A stretch of DNA of 64,000 nucleotides, taken from positions 64,001-128,000 of the forward strand of contig CAVWWD010000004.1 in NCBI GenBank assembly GCA_963758635.1. The letters run 5' to 3'. Positions 63,865 through 64,000 of the stretch are shown here, piece by piece. Numbering within the stretch: the first letter of the stretch is position 1; each line of letters begins with the position of its first letter. Under the pieces are notes generated by a model that saw only the letters and a program-made list of their open reading frames with translations, was not told the origin of the DNA and searched no databases. The DNA comes from an uncultured Candidatus Rokubacteria bacterium (GTDB lineage Bacteria > Methylomirabilota > Methylomirabilia > Rokubacteriales > CSP1-6). Made by a program: the position numbers and the translations under genes.

Positions 63865-64000
63865 GCCGGCCGCGCGCTCGAACCCCTCGAGGAACTCGCG
63901 CAGGATGCGGTGGTCGTCCTTGTGCTTGGAGACCGCCGACGCCGTCTTGCGCACGAGGTCGATCTGCTCCGTGAGCGCCGCGTCCGGCGCCGCCGCCTGC
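63861..64000 (-). CDS. C-terminal tail of an upstream gene, probably a MoxR-family AAA+ ATPase (partial)
   Basis: Only about 45 aa visible (..ASAVSKHKDDH..); ATGA at 63861-63864; identity inferred from the vWA neighbour. Confidence 0.4.
   Translation of the reverse strand, partial: RRRRRTRRSRSRSTSCARRRRRSPSTRTTTASCASSSRGSSARPA

Overview
High-GC (about 70%) bacterial window. The gene content (expanded family-5 and ABC_sub_bind solute-binding proteins, TctABC, many amidohydrolases and oxygenases) suggests a Candidatus Rokubacteria/Methylomirabilota-like organism; this is inference, and no marker gene is present. About 20 otherwise normal genes carry single-base frameshifts, most likely long-read indel errors. 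Most of the window is transport and catabolism, interrupted by small lower-GC inserts: toxin-antitoxin pairs, a solitary integron attC site with cassette remnants, and a truncated DUF222-HNH gene. Highlights: (1) a giant, heavily frameshifted minus-strand gene (~55.7-63.9 kb) with vWA/CoxE-like, 14xWD40, multi-TM and tandem TIR domains, downstream of a probable MoxR ATPase, a candidate receptor-like conflict/defence system; (2) an AhpD/CMD selenoprotein (CxxU, in-frame UGA plus SECIS-like hairpin) next to a CxxC paralogue and an ArsR regulator with a candidate operator; (3) an unannotated 42-aa secreted peptide gene with a sigma54-type promoter; (4) two convergent stand-alone adenylation-PCP proteins lacking the amino-acid-binding Asp, flanking an exported creatininase-like enzyme; (5) a ~147-bp dispersed repeat whose terminal stems covary. 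No rRNA, tRNA or CRISPR array was seen.
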